DNA from: Perkinsela sp. CCAP 1560/9
Lineage: Eukaryota > Protista > Euglenozoa: Kinetoplastea
DNA: 64,000 nucleotides
Assembly: GCA_965644495.1 (NCBI GenBank)
Contig: CBFFSA010000009.1
Location: 62,001 to 126,000, forward strand
Reading direction: 5' to 3'
Both the position numbers and the translations under genes were made by a program. Shown in pieces: positions 10,772-23,834 of this stretch (positions are counted from its first letter, which is position 1; every line of letters starts with the position of its first letter). The notes below the pieces were generated by a model that saw only the letters and a program-made list of their open reading frames with translations, made no database searches and was not told the DNA's origin.

Positions 10772-12307
10772 ATTGATTGATTGATTGGGGACGGTAGGGA
10801 CAAATATTTGACGAAAAATTGTTTTTTTTCGAAAATGATTCAAAAGTCCTTTTAAATGTTTTTATGGCATTTGCAGGTTCATACAACCATTTTAAGCGTT
10901 TAAAAGAGACATCACCGCCCGCCCAGCTACCGTCACCCATCCCAGCCACGATCCCCCATCCAGCCCCTCGAACCAAATCTCGTTTACTGGGGCCCAATGT
11001 CTCTTACGGGACTTACGGTAATAGTGGGCGGTCTAACACTCCGAGAAATTCGACCAGTCAGCAAGAACAATGATTAGTGATTCACACAGCTGCTCCGAAT
11101 CCACACAGACCCTCCGAATAGGTCTGAGGTCTGGGGGACCGACTCGGACCCCCCCGCATGGGACCAACTCCCGTACCCGATGTGGTCGTTAAACAACGTT
11201 AAACACGTCGGCAGAAACTGGTAGAGGCGTTCGGACCTCGCACCCCCAAACGTCTGTGAAGGGCCTATTGTGTCACTCTTGAAGGAGGGTGGCAACTTCC
11301 CAAAGGGGGAACATCCTGAGGGAGCCAGCGGCCAGCCGGGGCGACCCGGTGCCCTTCATTCACTCAGAAACGCATTTGCCGTCCTGCGATAGTCATCTGC
11401 GTTTGTCAGGTAAGAAAATGTTGATTTCATGTGGATCAAAGCGTCGAAACTTCCTTCAGATCGCCGGGAAGAAACAAAGTAACCGATCATTCCCAAATAA
11501 TCGTCAGGGGAGCTCAAGCGCCGACATGAACGTCTCGCCGCGCTGACTTATTGCACTCTCGACCAGAGTGTTGGATTTCTGGGTGATCTACCCATGGGAA
11601 AAGTTTCGATAGAGTGAATTACTATGCCATGTTACTAAAGAAGTATGGTGCAACAAGTTAATAAAATTATGCACTCAGAGACGCTGAAAATGGCTGCATG
11701 AATACGAAAATGATTTGAAAACGTTTAAAAAATTATTGTGAGAAATTTCGAAAAAAATCAAATTTTCGTCAAATATTTGTCCCTACCGCCCATTGATTGG
11801 TAAGGACATTTTTCCCGTAGGGACGTACCTTCCCGGAGATAGCCGGGCACTATCCAAAATTAACTGCTTTTAGCCGCGCGCGCCAGGCAATGAAAATCAT
11901 AGCTTTTGCCATGCGTCACAGTTTTTAGGCTCTGGGCATTACAGACTGCACAACGGCAAGCATCCAATGATTATTAGTTGGTGCGTATGGGTATTTACCC
12001 TAGTTTCCTAGTGTTTCGTTTTGCTAACACCGGGTAACCCCATACGCGGGATAAAGAATTCTGTCCTAGTTATTTAGCACCTTGATTTGTTGGTGCCGGG
12101 CAGACTCTTTCAGCGGCATTCCTCATACCCTAGTTATTTGGCGCCTTGATTTGTTGGCGCCCGGTGCTGGAATTGCCATTTCCAGTTTCCATGAAAGCAA
12201 TCTCACCCTAGTTGTTTAGCGTCTTGCTTTACGACGCCTGGTGAGTTAGCTCGGGAAGCTGGGATCACTAAGTCCCATCATCCGACATAAGCCGGATGCC
12301 CTGACTC
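10772..12307 (-). mobile_element. SINE-like element, family 1 copy 2, with a DNA transposon inserted in its tail
   Basis: 11792-12307 aligns with 4640-5152; the (ATTG)n tail continues at 10772-10788 on the other side of the insertion. Confidence 0.8.
10789..11791. mobile_element. Non-autonomous Merlin/MULE-like DNA transposon
   Basis: TIR GG(A/G)CGGTAGGGACAAATATTTGACGAAAA (~35 bp); 9-bp TSD ATTGATTGG (10780-10788 / 11792-11800). Confidence 0.75.
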
Positions 12308-12769
12308 TATAACATAAAAATTGGAAAAAGATCATGAAGAATCTATTTTTTTGGGTGAAAAAGCTGGATTTTTCGGCGAAATTTCAGCCGCGAAATTTCA
12401 ACCCGAATTTGGGCCGTTTTTGATGCCTTACCAGTAGGGGCAGGAGTCGAATCTGTCGAAAAAAACGTCGTAGAATGGTAGCTGAGGCCCAAACCTCATA
12501 AAATCCGTTTTAAGAGTCGATTTTCGAAATACCGTATACCCCCCCAGTAAGGTACCCCCCAGTAAGAGAGATTTGGCCCTTTTTGGGCTGACCCCCGGTA
12601 AGAGAGATTTGGCTTGGGAGCCCAACAGGAGGCGTACAGGGGGTAGGGGGTGGGTGTCTGCATGTCCGGGACCTCAGGGGTAACCCAAAGAAGCGTTTTA
12701 ACACGTTTTCAGAAAAAATAAATAGAAACAATTGTCAAAAAAATTGGGAAAAAAGAGGAAACTGGCTAA

Positions 12770-13540
12770 TGGATCATCTAAACGCAACACTTCCCTTACA
12801 TTGCCCTTCATGTACCCTTTGGTTTTAAAAGTTTTAAAACAAACCGGCTCACAGTGCAGCCGAAGAGCCTTTATTAGAGCCCTAAAGGAAGAAGGTATTG
12901 TGCAACGAGGTGCCCCAAGAGTGCCCAATCGCACTTCTCGGCACAAGAGCGAAAGGCTTGAGTTCTCCCAGGTGATAATTTTTTGCAACTGCGCATTGCT
13001 CCCTGGGGGACCAATGGTAATCGTGGCCATATAAAAGGCCCTTTTTCGCGCTGGTCATCCACGATGACATTTTCGTGGAAATAGATAGGTTTCGTCGGCA
13101 GCGCACTTCGAAAATTTGATTTCGTCGTTTTGCTTTAAAACTGCATTGTGAACCCACCCTAAAAGCTGACGCTTCCATAAAAAAGCTGTACGCCTGGTCA
13201 CTTTGCACTGCGAAGCTGCGCTGGACATTTCCACCCTTTGGCACAGCTTGATCCAGAACATAACCTTTTGGGAGAAAAGGAAGGCGCAAGTCTTGTGAGG
13301 CGTTTCCTACACTTGAATAATCCATGCTTACGCCAGCAGATGTTCAATGTTGGATTTCGTTTGTGTGGAGTACCGCATCCTTTATGCGTAGAACGCAATG
13401 CTTGGCGTTTTATGCCGTGCGAAACCAAAAACGCCACAAAGTCTTCGGGAATATCACCGTCGTATTTCCTTCGAAGCACACAGCCCATATTGGAACACGA
13501 ACACGTGTAAGGCATGTAGTTATTATGATTTCTGAGAAGA
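12770..13540 (-). pseudogene. Merlin/ISXO2-like transposase remnant
   Basis: Cys-rich N-terminus; ADETYLFPRKCHRG.PARK...YMATIT matches VDETYIGKRLHHRGRQVRK...FMTAT of 50438; frameshifted and internally deleted. Confidence 0.65.
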
Positions 13541-13719
13541 AAAATGATTTTTTTGGGAAACAAATGTCAAAGACGAAAACATGCTTTTTGGGGTGCAATA
13601 TAAGTATCCATTAACCATATATTTTTACTCGTAATATGTAACTAGGAGATACCACCGGTATTGTGGTGTCATGCAATTTATTCAAAATTTTATACACATT
13701 ATTCTGCATTGGTTATTTT

Positions 13720-14406
13720 ATGCTTTGTAACGTTTCCGCTGCGGATATTACAGAATCCCACGCAACACGAAGAGCAGGTAGAGTCAGCAAGGCGAATCTC
13801 CCACAAGAATACGAACTTGCACAACTCGTACAGAATATTGAAAATCCACATCCCTCGTGGAATACGTCAACCCCTGCTTGCGAGTGGGACGGCGTGTATT
13901 GTGATGTAGCGAGTGAGATTAAGTCTATAAAGTGGAACGTTTATTCAGGGAAGTCATACCAACAACTCACTGGGTCGTTGAGTTTTGTTTATCTCCCAAA
14001 GACATTACGCAAGTTTGATGTTTTTCTTACTAAACTTTCGGGCGAAGTTCCACTGAACACTTTGCCCTACAGGTTAAAATCTATGAATCTTCGGAACAAT
14101 AATCTTAGTGGACCATTGGACTTGACAGCTCTCCCTCCGATTTTCAAAAAGCTGGTCGCCTCCGGTAACCGATTTACAGGTGAAATTTGCTTAGATAAAT
14201 TGCCTTTGGGGTTGAAATATCTCTTTCTTGACTGTAATCAGTTATCAGGAAAAGTGTGCTTATGTAATCTTCCAAGTACATTGTACCTGCTCGATTTGTC
14301 AAGCAACGTAAATCTGCATGGCGAGGTAGAAAGGCGTCTGCTTCGAGAGATGGATGGATTTCATCTCACGGTTAGAAATACGAGTATTACACGTATAGGA
14401 CCGTAG
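13720..14406 (+). CDS. LRR protein subfamily B (B2)
   Basis: ATG 13720 (MLCNVSAADITES); cap SWNTSTPACEWDGVYC; ~5 LRRs, one fewer than B1. Confidence 0.9.
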   Translation: MLCNVSAADITESHATRRAGRVSKANLPQEYELAQLVQNIENPHPSWNTSTPACEWDGVYCDVASEIKSIKWNVYSGKSYQQLTGSLSFVYLPKTLRKFDVFLTKLSGEVPLNTLPYRLKSMNLRNNNLSGPLDLTALPPIFKKLVASGNRFTGEICLDKLPLGLKYLFLDCNQLSGKVCLCNLPSTLYLLDLSSNVNLHGEVERRLLREMDGFHLTVRNTSITRIGP

Positions 14407-14750
14407 TCTTGTGAGACCGTATGAAAGACATACAAATAATTGGGTTCAAAGCCGGTGAAAGTGCGGTGTTTTTTTTAAATAAGTATCTTTTTTTTTGAAC
14501 ATTGGAAGCTTTTTATGTCATTTTAAGATGCTTTAAGCCCTTTTAATGAGGTTTCGAGAATACTACGTTGTAAAGTAATTTTCATGGTAAGGATACCTTC
14601 TCGTGATCTTCAAAAATGGGCATTTTCCTAAAAATATCCCGTTTTTATAAATGTCCAACCGGGGACAGCATCAAAAGATCTCTTGCAGAGAAACAAGGCT
14701 GCTCTAGAATTGAAGAGTTTTTTGTATGGCATTGAAGGCACAAAGATTTA

Positions 14751-15546
14751 GGTAGAGTGAGTGCGATGAATCTCCCACAAGATTTCTCTAGCTCATGTTT
14801 TCTTTTCCCGGAAGCGGACATACTCTTAACCTCTTATGTATGTCCTTTTCCGGTTGACGCCAGGACCGGAAACTCATCTTTCCGTTGAAGAGGGGCCGGC
14901 CGCTTCCCACACCTGTGCAGCGCGTCAGACGCGCCGAATCCTTCGAATGCTCCGGCTGGATGAACGCCGGGGAGAGCCTCTCAACGACGCTGCGTAGCCG
15001 AAAGGTTTCTTGCAGGCTCTCAACGACGCCCCCCGCAGTGGAAATCCTGTATAGGCCGAATCCCTGCGTACGACCGGCGTTGAAGGCGCCGCAATGGCCG
15101 TTGAGAACGGTCGTCGTATAGTCAGGCGTATATCTCTACAGGCGTCTGTCTGTATGAACAAAAAATAATGAATATAGTGGATCATTGTGCTTGATGAATC
15201 TCCCTCCGAATTTGCAAAATCTGGACCTCTGCGCTAACCGATTTACAGGCGAAATTTGTGTTTCCGAATGTACCTATCCGTCAGGGGAGAAATATTTCTG
15301 TCTTGACTGTAATCAGTTAGCAGGAGAACTTTGTTTAAGTCACCTCCCAAGCCGAACCTATCCTCGCCTTTTCAAGAACAATTTATTGTGAGATTTTGAC
15401 ATAAGCAGCATTCTACATGTATGTACTTTGAATGAGCTTTGTCGAACAACGTAAATCTGCATGGCGAGATACGAGCGTATCTACTTTCCCACGAGCTTAG
15501 TGTTCTCATGATACAAGATGCCACCATTACACTTGCAACACCGTAG
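14751..15546 (+). pseudogene. LRR subfamily B pseudogene
   Basis: RVSAMNLPQ at ~14755; LRR remnants 15180-15546 with frameshifts; middle replaced by unrelated GC-rich DNA (~14790-15178). Confidence 0.75.
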
Positions 15547-16939
15547 AACGATCCAAATATTATTAGATACTGTGCCGGAAGCAGGACGGAAAATACCAAG
15601 ACATGACTTTTATGTTTCTTAACCTATGCAATATTCCTTTACTTACTTTTTATTCCTTACTTACTTTGGCTACAAATGCACGCTACATGGAATTGTAGTC
15701 ATGTTGCAAACGTACAATCTCGATATCCTCTAAATTTCCTTTTCCCAGTGCAAAGGCAATGGCACTCCGCCTAGCACATAGGGCGGAAGAACTTAGCTAC
15801 TCGAGCACGACTAGAGCACGCGGTATCGCATACAGTTGTGTCGATCAATAATAATCAATAATCAATATAAATTTATATTATAATTATAATAAATTTATAA
15901 TATAATCATTAAAATGCTCAATTGTATCACGCAAGCACGAGCCGTGCGTCCTGAAATTTTAGCCTCCTTCAAAGATCGTGCGGGTTGCCCGCGTGCACGC
16001 TAATGAAGGAATAGGGCGTGTAATTTGCCGGTTGCATGTCGAATAATGCCGCTATTCGTTCATGCTTTTGGCCAATACGCAGCTATTTCGTTCATGAGGC
16101 ATTGGCCCTGATATCACACCCGCGGCCTTGTAACATTAAAATAGTTGCATCTGTAGTACTTTGCAACGATTTTTCCCGCTGAATGAAGAATTGTCTCTCA
16201 GCGTTGCCTGGCTTTGGTAAAAGCAACACTAGGAGGGGGGGTTAAGAGGAGAAGCCAAGGATGCTGTGGGATGTGGTATGGGATGTGGTGGTGGGGATGC
16301 GTTACTGTCTTTCATTTCCGAAACATTGCAGAAAGCATACATGTATTAAAAATTCAATTAAATTAATGCTTCTATATCATTGACACGAGAAATCTTAAGA
16401 TGAAATACATGTTTAGTCATTCAATTCAATAGGCAGAAAATTGCGTCCCGTCAGACAAGTAGGCGTTCGTAAATCTAAGACCTGATAAAAAGTTTTCATC
16501 ACTTGGATTGACACTGGGTAAAACCATAGAAAATCCCAGATAAGAAGACGAAAGAAACAGTTAGCCAAAAATGGAGCTGTGGACCTAAAACGCTTAGGGA
16601 ACATTAAATCAAGACAACATACAAGAATGTTGTATATAAGAAAATAAAATCAAGAGTATAAGATGAAGAGAATGGCACACAAATCATACTGAAACTGTAG
16701 TTGCTTCTGGAGCCTTTGGCACCCAACTTTCGCAAACTGTCATACGAGTGACGACATCTTCACACTGAACCGAATACGGTACAGGTTATTTACCACATGA
16801 GAACCGAACGAGTTTTCATGACCTCTTTGCTGTGGACAATTCATGTAAACCGGGGGTCACTCCAATATCAAAATCAAGGTTCGATATTAAGCTAGCAATT
16901 TTGATATTAAACCCCTCCACAAGAATAAGACAGCCCCTC

Positions 16940-17260
16940 CCCCCTTGTTTTTCGCGCGCGGGGTTGCAGCACCACTTTTTCGTTCACAATTTTGAGATCT
17001 GTGCATTCCTGGGGTTTTTAGCTGTGTTTTAACAATTTGAAAAAAATTGTTTGAGAAAAGAATTTTTGAGAACAGTTTTCTGTAAAATTATGGTAAAATC
17101 CAAGTACCGTCCATCCAGGGGAGGGATGACACCATGGGGAAAATATTATTATTATGCCAAATTTTCGAGGAAGGTATCCCGAACAATCAACTGACATGAA
17201 ACCTCAATATTAAATATTGAAGTTTTTTTTCACAGAAATATTATTTCTGTGAAATACATA
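16940..17260 (+). pseudogene. Tc1-like left end and transposase N-terminal remnant
   Basis: Similar to 36070-36360 (TTTGAGATCTGT block; MVKSKYRPSREG vs MPKNTYRHPRGG). Confidence 0.45.
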
Positions 17261-17439
17261 CGAGGATATCCGAAAGCAAAAAGACACCAAATAGACAGCA
17301 AGTTGACAGTGAAGAAAAAAAATTATGTCGAACAAAACATATAAACAGATCATTTTTACTAAAGATGTTGATGGAAACTGCAGCGTTAGATACATTGCAG
17401 GAAGATGAAGCAAAACCAGGTGTATCTCCCCCTGGTTAA

Positions 17440-18400
17440 CCTTTTCGAACGAGTATTGCGGATGTGTCGCGAATACTGCGCATGGTCGGCTTCAGAGGAG
17501 TCCCTAATGGGAGCATAGACATTTAAAAGAGTACCCTTCCCATCATTGAGATGATACCCAGCTGACATGATTCTATCACTTACCTTCCGCACCCGCGAAA
17601 GAACTCGACGACTAACAATTCCCGTGCCATTATATGAATACCCCCGGTCGCTGACTGCAGGTGCATATATCGCTGACTGCAAGCATATACGGAACGTGCA
17701 TCCTAGGTTCTCAACTTTTCTGTATAGCACGCCGTCCTCACAAGTATCATCAGAAAACTTAAATCTGGTCTCCTGGAGGCACAATACGTCAATCCCCTTT
17801 TCTACCATAAAGGAGAGAATTTCACAAAAGCATCTGCATCGTCGGATAGAAAACTCGTCTTACCCCTCAAGTTTGAGCGTTGTCACGTTAAGTGTTCCTA
17901 CGGTAGTACTTTCCTTCACAGCAGAACCTATCGGGTTCTCCGAATCTCGTTGGACACGCTGCCACGCAACGTCCAGGGCTTGCGCGGGCGATGGGAAGCA
18001 ATTCTTCGTTTCGCTTTTCTGGGGTTACAAACCTCCACTGCGCAAAGAACTACACCAGTGGAAGAAAAGGGGGTGAACGGCAGCGTTACGCGAGGACGTT
18101 CTTCGTACCTCACACGAAATAAACCCGACAAAGACTCAGACTTAAGCCTTGCCAAGCATACATCTACAACCCTCCCGCTTCAAAGCGAGAGTTTACCACT
18201 AGTTTCGTGTCTCCACACGACACGGAGACAAGCACACAATCGATCTAACTTACAAATTGCCCTCACCACCCGCTGGCGGAGTTTCGCAAGCTCTCTTCTC
18301 TCCAGAGAACGAAAGATAACTCCCCGAATACGCTTGGTTCGGCAGAAGGTTTCAAGGAGCTCTGTCCTCCCTGCCGCGCCGGAAGCATCCGCCATTTTAC
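17440..18400 (-). pseudogene. RTE-like non-LTR retrotransposon, 5' part (AP endonuclease), 3' truncated
   Basis: GTLNVTTL (~17890), IDVLCLQETR, NGTGIV, VSDRIM, LLNVYAP: EEP/APE motifs. Confidence 0.8.
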
Positions 18401-19030
18401 GAACGAATTTATTTTATAAACGAATTTATTTTATAAAAATGGGTCTTTCGACGTCGAACTAAGGAAAAAAATAAGGGATACGTGTGTTCATGTACAGCAC
18501 TTAAAAAAGTGTTTCGATCGACGGATTCATTTCACTACAGCAATTTGCTATGGTATTCGGACGAATAGATGACTATTAGAGAATAAGAAAGTAGCAACGT
18601 GTGGCTGTCGCCAGGTTGTCCGTCAGACCGCTAGGAAGTTCTAACCGTGTTAAATGCGTCAACTTTTAATTGAAACATGTTCAGAAACGCAATTAATGAA
18701 GTTTAATAAAATAAAGATACGGAAAATTCTGACTGTACTAGTCATTGTCATAGTATAAGCTTGTGGCGTTTACTGTTGCTGTATAGGTAAACACAAAATA
18801 TCTCGCGCTGCAATAATACGAGTAAAATTTAAGTGTGGGGAAAGTTTATCCTTAATGGACCTGAAGTATGAGACAAAACATGGAAAAAACCCCAGAACAT
18901 ATCAGTTTAAATATCAGAGTAGATGTTATTAGTAATAGTAATAGTAAAACATTCTCCAAACAATACATTAAACATCCATACATTATAAATAATTATAAAT
19001 CAATACAACAATATTATAATGGGTTATGAA

Positions 19031-20660
19031 TTGCGGTGGTTGTATAACTACCGCTCTACCCTCGATTATTGAAAAAAAAGTGAACAAAAACAGTGAAAAT
19101 ATAAAGAGGAACACAGTAATATAGTAGAAGAAAAAATTATAAACGGGGGCTCCGGTGGTCCAAAATTGAAAAAAATGGGGGGTCTAGGGGGGGGGGCATA
19201 CCGCACGAATTTTTTTTTGAAAAAATTAGTTTTCGAAACAAACCCGCAGAAGGGGTAGCCGGGGTCTTGGCGCGTATTTTCCACCCCGCTATCCGGGGGT
19301 GACCCCCCCTCGTATCCGCAGGACGGGTCCGCCAAGTTCAGTTTTTTTCGGAAAAAAAAATTGAAAAAAATTTCAACTTAGCGAAAAAAATTTCAAAAAA
19401 AATATTTTTCCAAAATTGTTTCCCCTATTGTATTTCGATAGTTTGGGGCCTATACTAGCTTTCTGGGCAGTTGTTTTCACAAGGTATCTCTTCTTCGAGC
19501 CGTGGTATGCCCGCGAAAATGGCCTATTTTTGACTAAAAAGGGTGAAAAAATATTTTTCGGACCCCAAGGGGCCTTTCTGTGTCGAAAGAATGGTGTGGT
19601 TGGAGTCGCATTCTCTACCCAATACGTTCAATTAAAATGTCGGATTTTAAAATCAATTAAAATGTCGGATTTTTGCTCTGAGAGCAAAAATACTAAAAAG
19701 TCATCCCATTTTTACCCGCAAATCGGCTATTTTTGTCTAGAATGTTTCCGTTCAGCTTTCCAGGCCAAATTTCCTTTTTTAGGCTCTTCGTTAAACGAGG
19801 TGGTAGTTTCATACGCGAAGCGCGCAGCATGTGTGACTTCTAAGTTGAAAACAACCACCGCGTTTAACGAAGACCCACTCGCACATTGATAATGCATAGT
19901 TACTGCACATTGATAATGCATAACGTGCCGCACATCGATAATGCATATAGCACATTGATAATGCATATAGCCCATTGATATTGCATATAGCACATTGATA
20001 GTGCATACTAAGCGGCACATTGATATTGCATAGTTACTGCACATTGATAATGCATATAGCACATTGATAATGCATATAGCACATTGATAATGCATATAGC
20101 ACATTGATAATGCATACAGCACATTGATGATGCATTATTTGGAAATTAAAGGTGTTTTCAAGAAATAGTGAACACTCGTCTCTGCTCCCGGTGAGGCCCC
20201 GAAGTTGCGAGAGGCCTCCATACCCCACAACTACCACCTTCCCCCCTATTTAGCGGGGGTCGCGCGAGCGACCCCTGATAAATGGGGGGAAGGTGGTAGT
20301 TGTTTTGGGGAATATGAGAGGCCGAACGCACGGAGGGGCCGGCCCGGCCACTGAGTCACGTGAAAGTGTGACACCCTAAAACGAAACCTAGATCTTGTTT
20401 ACCCGTCTGCACAACAGAACCGTAAATGGAACGTAAAGATGCTTGGCCGAAGTACCCAATAAATTCACCTTTGCTCCCGGTGAGGCCCCGGAGTTGCGTG
20501 AAGGCCTCCATACCCCACAACTACCACCTTCCCCCCCTATTTAGCGGGGGTCGCGCGATATGCATTATCAATGTGCTATATGCAATATCAATGTGCTATA
20601 TGCATTATCAATGTGCCGCTTAGTATGCATTATTAATGTGCGGGCGCCAGAGCCTAAAAT
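19031..20660. mobile_element. 'TTGCGGT' family copy 2 (left part), interrupted by 19874-20648
   Basis: Aligns with 534-1430; the palindrome right arm resumes at 20649 (AGAGCCTAAAA). Confidence 0.8.
19874..20648. mobile_element. Element with inverted arrays of a 20-bp subterminal repeat (CACTA/CMC-like architecture)
   Basis: (GCACATTGATAATGCATATA)n at 19881-20135, inverted at 20559-20641; AGA duplicated at 19871-19873 / 20649-20651; outermost bases of the termini do not match. Confidence 0.6.
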
Positions 20661-20767
20661 TTATGATGTATCAGAAGAAAAGCAGACTCGCATCAGCAGC
20701 CTATTTATTGAGTAATTCGGAAGCTTGAAAGAAGTTCCCCCGAATCCCCATTTCCCGCGGATCCTAA

Positions 20768-23428
20768 CTATTCCAAATTGTCAAGATACCCGAGTTTATC
20801 GTAGTTCCCCCGTAACAGCATAGAGTTTTGTCCTGTTTGAGTGCCCATGGATGATTGACGGGAGTTGTACTTGGTGTTCATAACCGACATCCAGGAATCA
20901 CATTTCGTCACTAAAGGGGGTACCCATAAATAATGTATCGCCGCTTGGTGTATCCCTGGGTATTTGTAGACTCCAACTGTTTGCCACCAATGCAATTCGC
21001 ACTTGTGCACTCGCGAATCCCATTCGTAGTCGACGCAATTCACATATTCACTCCATTTATTTTTCGTAATTTGAAAAATGGGAGAACCGCCTCGAAAAAG
21101 GTCATTAGCACGACTGAAATCAATTGGTTTGAGATCAGCTTTCCGGGCGCGTAGTGCAATGAAATCCGGTGCAAACCACATGACGTCTTCCAATATTTCA
21201 TATTGTGATGAACTGAAAGTCGATCTATGTGATGCTTGAGGACACATTCAAAAGCTTCACTGCAGCTTCCCCCCGACTAGCCTTCCGTAATCTTTCTAAA
21301 GTTGGCTAAACTCCCGTTGCTAAAGGCGTACCGTTTAAATCCAAAAATTTCTGTAACGCTTTCTGGATAGGAGCTAGTTCTTCAAGAAAATATTTTGCGG
21401 AAGTCGCAAGCTTATCTACCCCTCCCCGAGCAATACGATTGCCCCGAGCAATCTTAATTCGATTCGATCCCCGAGCAACACACTTACAGACTGTACGTAC
21501 AGACTGACAGACTCGGGGGTTTTCCAGTTCTTGCTTGAGGAACGCGACAACAGTAGGTAACTGAGTAGAAAAGAAGGAAATGCTTCTGAACTTATCATGA
21601 CACCAGCGAGTAACTCCTCCTAACTTAGGAGCCGTAGTGCCGTGTACATCCTTTGCTCTACGAACAGCTTCAATTACTTGAGGTCCATACAATGAAAGTG
21701 CGTCACGACACCGAGGAATATTTTCATGCTGAGCGTTCAGTTCCGCCAAAATTAGATCAACTTCATCGGGAGCATACTGTTTCAAAATCTGTACGCTGCT
21801 ACGAAGCTGACACACCAGCTCTGTCTGATATTCATCGTCCAGTTTATTGCTAGACAGCCCCCCATACCATTGAGTGAAAAATTGTTCCGCTTTGTTAGTT
21901 TCTTCGTCGAAAGATCCAAGAAGAACGTCTAGGGCCACACCACGATACCGCCCCTTCTTCATACAGATCTTGTCCATAAAATGTTTGTCTGAAGAGTTTT
22001 TTAAGTTCAAAAAGGGGTGTTTCCTGAAAGGGTTTCACCGCATCCATCGCGAGGTTATTGAGAAAATGACGAAAGCAAGGTAGTAAGGAGACGTGTGGCA
22101 TCATGTCCACGGCCCGGTTTCCGAAGTTTATCCAGTCTCACCCCCCAATTCTTTGAACGTGATCATATATTCTTTTTTATTCTCCTTCTGCCTCATCACG
22201 GGCCACGCGGTTAACGGCACAGCCATCCACCATTAAAAATCCCAATTTTCGTACCAGAGTAATGCCGAGAATAGAATTCAATGTATTAACCAAACTCTCA
22301 GCTGTTTCTTTGCTGTTGAATGCTTTGCGCTTCGGATGGTACATAGGTGGTAATAGATATTGCTCATCTGAAACATACACCCCTGTCCAGCTTCATTTAC
22401 CCCCCCCCCCCTACATGTCCTATATTTTCTTCGATTTTGGAAATATTTAGCATGCGACTGTTTTTCGACCCAATCGTCTCGAATGCGCTGTCCTTTCCAT
22501 GATTGGAATAAAAAACATTACTAAAATGACATGACAATTTTTGAGGGTGTACACTTTTTCTTCAATTTTTTTTTCATATTTTTGGGATTTTTTTATGCTT
22601 TTAAAAGTATAAATCGTGCTTAGATAACGCAAGAATGACGCTAGATACGTATTCAATATCCAATATGACAACCTTTCTTTTTTATCACAAATTGAAGTAG
22701 TTTGCGATAGTTTTTGAATGGATTTCTTAGCTCGTCAACATGTTGTACTGTGAAATGGTCGGATGTTTGAAGCATAGCGTCTTGTATTTCGTGTCTATTC
22801 TTTTTAGCTAAAGCACGCAAGGATCATAGTTCCTAGTACCGTGCTATGATCAGGGTTCGACTTTCCGGTGGATTTGGGAGAAGAGGAAGCCAGTTATCTC
22901 TTGGCCATTAAGGAAAAAACTGAAAATAAAGTTTTTTTTTGGGTGGGCAAAACAAAATCGGGTTTTTAGACAGAAGTTTTAAGGTCTCGGAGGAAAAAAA
23001 GGTCGCTCAAGTGAAAAGGACAGCGGATTCGAGACGATTGGATCGAAAAACAGTCCCATACCAAACATTTCCAAAGTCGAACAAAATACAAGACCTGTAG
23101 GGGGGGGGGGTAAATGAAGCTGTACAAGGGTGTACACTACCCCTACTAATACGTGCTCGTCAACCCCAGCATCCACAGCTACCCCGAAGAAAGGATGAAT
23201 ATCGATTTTTGAAATCATTGTTTCCCATATTTCGTTGGCCAAATCCTTCTCGCAATCACGAATAACCCTGTGATTGTTGCCAAGTGCATGGAGAATTTCT
23301 TCAGTATTTGCTCTCTTAGGGCGTAATTCTTCATAGTTACGAAGTAAAGCGTGTGCAGCTTTGCATGACAAGTTCGTCTTTGCCACAAGACAAGGAACGC
23401 AGCTGCGGACAAAAACATTTGCACTCAT
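20768..23428 (-). pseudogene. hAT-like DDE transposase pseudogene
   Basis: FFGVAVDAG, LMVDGCAVN, MMPH, GVTRWC, HYLWVPP...CDSWMS in hAT order; frame joins across the 22378-23132 insertion; frameshifts. Confidence 0.65.
22378..23132 (-). mobile_element. Internally deleted Tc1 element, 'CACCCCTG' family copy 1
   Basis: ~120-bp TIRs, TA TSD; remnant RTLIIARY...GCHIGY. Confidence 0.9.
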
Positions 23429-23581
23429 TGAATTGTCGTTCGGGGTCAGTGAAGCGGCGCCGTTTTCTTTTTCCGTTCATTTTTTATCAGTTTTTCACGT
23501 CTTTTTCATTGATCTTTCCTTTCCCCTACTTAGTGTTTAATTTCTACAAAACACTTATCTGTCACCTTTTCGCGAAAAGTA

Positions 23582-23652
23582 GTGACAGATAAGTAGGGGG
23601 GGTACAGTATTATGATTTATAATTATACTGCCCCCCCCTAGTTATCTGTCAC
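23582..23652. repeat. Back-to-back CTG(TA)CCCCCCC transposon ends forming an inverted repeat
   Basis: GTGACAGATAAGTAGGGGGGGTACAG-TA...TA-CTGCCCCCCCCTAGTTATCTGTCAC; similar ends at ~27685, 30732, 33424, 37942, 43875, 48233, 58075. Confidence 0.6.
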
Positions 23653-23834
23653 ATGTTAGCCCCCCATAGTCATTTGTCACGTTTCAAAAAAACAAACAAA
23701 CGAAACTCGCATTTTTTCTTTTTTCAGGCGAATGGTCGTGCGTGGTGTTGTGCGCATGAAATTAGAGTTTTCCATACTGTGGATAGGTACATGGATTTCC
23801 CAGGCGCTTACAGTAGCGCCACATTGCTTGGGGC

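Noticed and set aside
17068-17094. AGAACAGTTTTCTGTAAAATTATGGTA resembles the kinetoplastid spliced-leader core
   Set aside because: Several mismatches, no SL 5' part and single copy; it lies in a Tc1 left end where ATGGTA is the transposase start
19881-20135. CRISPR-like array
   Set aside because: Contiguous 20-bp tandem repeats with no unique spacers and no cas genes; eukaryotic context
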